Positions 61,803 to 64,000 of a DNA stretch of 64,000 nt are shown piece by piece. The DNA is taken from assembly GCF_001447785.1 (NCBI RefSeq), contig NW_015160305.1:111258-175257 (forward strand), read 5' to 3'. Position 1 is the first letter of the stretch, and every line of letters starts with the position of its first letter. The stretch is from Gekko japonicus. Lineage: Eukaryota. The notes under the pieces are model-generated. The model ran no database searches, was not told the DNA's origin, and saw only the letters and a list, made by a program, of their open reading frames with translations. The position numbers were made by a program, and so were the translations under genes.

Positions 61803-62672
61803 CTGACCCTTGCTATTCGTAAAGCCTCATCAGACAGCCACTTTGCTTTCTTGTATTTCTTTTTCTTTGGGATGGTGGTGATTGCTGCCTCCTGTACAAT
61901 GTCACGAACCTCCGTCCATAGTTCTTCGGGCACTCTATCTATCAAATCTAGACCCCTGAATCTATTCTTCACCTCTACTGTATATTCATCAGGGATGTGA
62001 TCTAGGTCAAACCTGAATGGCCTCGTGGTTTTCCCAACTTTCTTCAGTTTAAGTCTGAATTTTGCAATGAGTAGTCATGATCTGAGTCACAGTCAGCTCC
62101 AGGTCTTGTTTTAACTGACTGGATAGAGCTTCTCCATCTTTGTCTGCAAATTATATAGTCAATCTGATTTCGGTGTTGCCCATCTGGTGATGTCATTGGG
62201 AAGAGTCGCCTCTTAGGTTGTTGGAAAAGGGTGTTCGCTATGACCAGTGTGTTCTCTTGACAAAACTCTGTTAACCTTTGCCCTGCTTTATTTTGCTTTC
62301 CAAGGCCAAACTTGTCTGTTAATCCGGTTACCTTTTGACTTCCTACCTTAGCATTCCAGTCCCCTATGATGATGAGGACATCATTTTTTGGTGTTAGTTC
62401 TAGGAGGTGTTGTAGGTCTTCATAGAACCGGCCCATTTCAGCCTCTTCTGCATCAGTGGTTGGGGCATAGACTTGGATTACTGTGATGTCGAATGGTGTG
62501 CCTTGGAATCGGACTGAAATCATTCTGTCATTTTTGAGATTGTATCCCAGTACTGACTTTTGCACTCTCTTGTTGGCTATAAAGGCCACACCATTTTTTC
62601 TACCAAGTGTGATCCACTGGAGAAGGAAATGGCAACCCACTCCAGTATCTTTGCCAAGAAAACCCCATGGAC
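61803..62672 (-). mobile_element. BovB (RTE) LINE fragment, endonuclease region, with a short inverted piece
   Basis: 'RKNGVAFIANKRVQKSVLGYNLKNDRMISVRFQGTPFDITVIQVYAPT..GDWNAKVG..NQIDYI..CDSDH'; a + strand BovB-like GGAGAAGGAAATGGCAACCCACTCCAGT lies at 62611-62672. Confidence 0.85.
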
Positions 62673-63027
62673 AGGAGACCAGCCTAGCCTCCTTTTTTTT
62701 TTTTTTGCCCACCAGTCTCAAAATGCAGGAGGAGGATCCTGCTAGGGATGGTTTTGCATTTCTTCTTCCTTCTGTTTTAGCCCCCAAATCCCCAATTTTG
62801 ATTTGGACAAATTAATGTATGATTTTCTGGTCCTGTACCATTTCCCTTGCATCTTCCGTGTATAATGTATACATTTCTCAATCTGGGGGTGGGAATTGAT
62901 ATATGACATTGAATTTAGATTTTAATTTTTGAAAGAAGGTTACTTCAGAGGGAGAGGCGGGTTTGGGGGAGAGCCTGGAAAGTGACATCACAGGAAGAGG
63001 TGGGGTTTTGGTACAGTGTACTGGAAG

Positions 63028-63233
63028 CAGTGTTCCCTCTAAGCTGAGGTAGTATGAGCTAGCTCACAGTTTTTTAGCCTCTGGCTCACACATTTTTGTC
63101 TCAACTCAGGAAGGATGGCTCCAGTACAAACTAATTTATGCAGTAGCCAAATCACCTGCTCACGACTTTAATGCCAGTAGCTCACAAAGTAGAATTTTTG
63201 CTCACAGGACTCCACAGCTTAGAGGGAACATTG
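63028..63233 (+). mobile_element. hAT MITE copy 9
   Basis: Same TIRs, TSD ACTGGAAG. Confidence 0.9.
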
Positions 63234-64000
63234 ACTGGAAGTGACATCATTGAAAGAGGAAGTGACATCACTTGCCATTTGACCCAGTAGTGACATCACA
63301 GGAAGTGATGTCTCAAAAGTCTCCTGGCTCCACCACCAAAGTCTCCTGGCTCCACCCCCCAAAGTCCTCAGATATTTCCGAATTTGGACTTGGCAACCCT
63401 AGTTCCGGCACCTCTTTTTTTTTTTCCTTAAAGGGCAGGTGGAGCCCTGATCTCTACCCATAATATGAGTAACGCTTGCTCTTTTTGTAGGGTTGCACAT
63501 GAAAAACAGCATCTGGCCATGGGTCCTGCCATGTTGCCATGTGTGTGTGTGTTACGTGCTGCCAAGTTGCATCCAACATATGGTGGTGACCCCATCAGGT
63601 TTTCAGGGCAAGAGACAAACAAAGATGGTTCTTTATTGTCCGCCTCTGCATAGCAACGCTAGACTTCCTTGGCCGTCTCCCATCCAAGTCCTAACCAGGG
63701 CTGACCCTGCTTAGCTTCCAAAATATGAGGAGACTGGTGCCAGCCTGGACCATCAAGCTCAGGGCAAAGGTGCCCTTAGCTAATGGAGACTGAAACACAA
63801 TGTGCAATGTGGGGACAGACAAAGACCCTCCGGTCTTTTTGCTTGTGTTCTTCTTACAATTATACAGGCATGATTCTGAGTGTATAAGCAAATGGCCTCC
63901 AGCAGGACCAACCCCATTGATGTCCCTTTCCTGTGCTGCACCAGTGTAGTTCCAGAAGCAACATAATCGCCCTGGACCCACACTGTTAAATACTGGGTTC

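Overview
Vertebrate genomic DNA, probably a squamate reptile and likely a gecko, judged from Sauria-type SINEs, BovB and gecko-type tRNA SINEs. The core is a + strand tandem array of three immunity-related GTPase (IRG/p47, 'interferon-inducible GTPase 5-like') genes. The six IRG ORFs in the track are best read as three two-GTPase genes. In each unit, an exon encoding a myristoylation motif (MGGxSS) plus a bare G domain ends at a phase-2 GTATGT donor. This joins in frame to a phase-2 acceptor at the start of a complete IRG exon, predicting proteins of about 633, 625 and 631 aa. Each unit has a candidate upstream non-coding exon with IRF/ISRE motifs, and units 1 and 2 also have a GAS motif. The rest is transposon-rich: an intact Mag-type Gypsy element (98.6% identical LTRs) in intron 1 of gene 2, a truncated Gypsy fused to an L1, an RTE-X-like LINE, BovB, CR1 and Penelope fragments, a Harbinger-like Myb/SANT element, nine copies of a ~205-bp hAT MITE, other MITEs and SINEs. 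Splicing and promoter calls are predictions from sequence and need transcript evidence.
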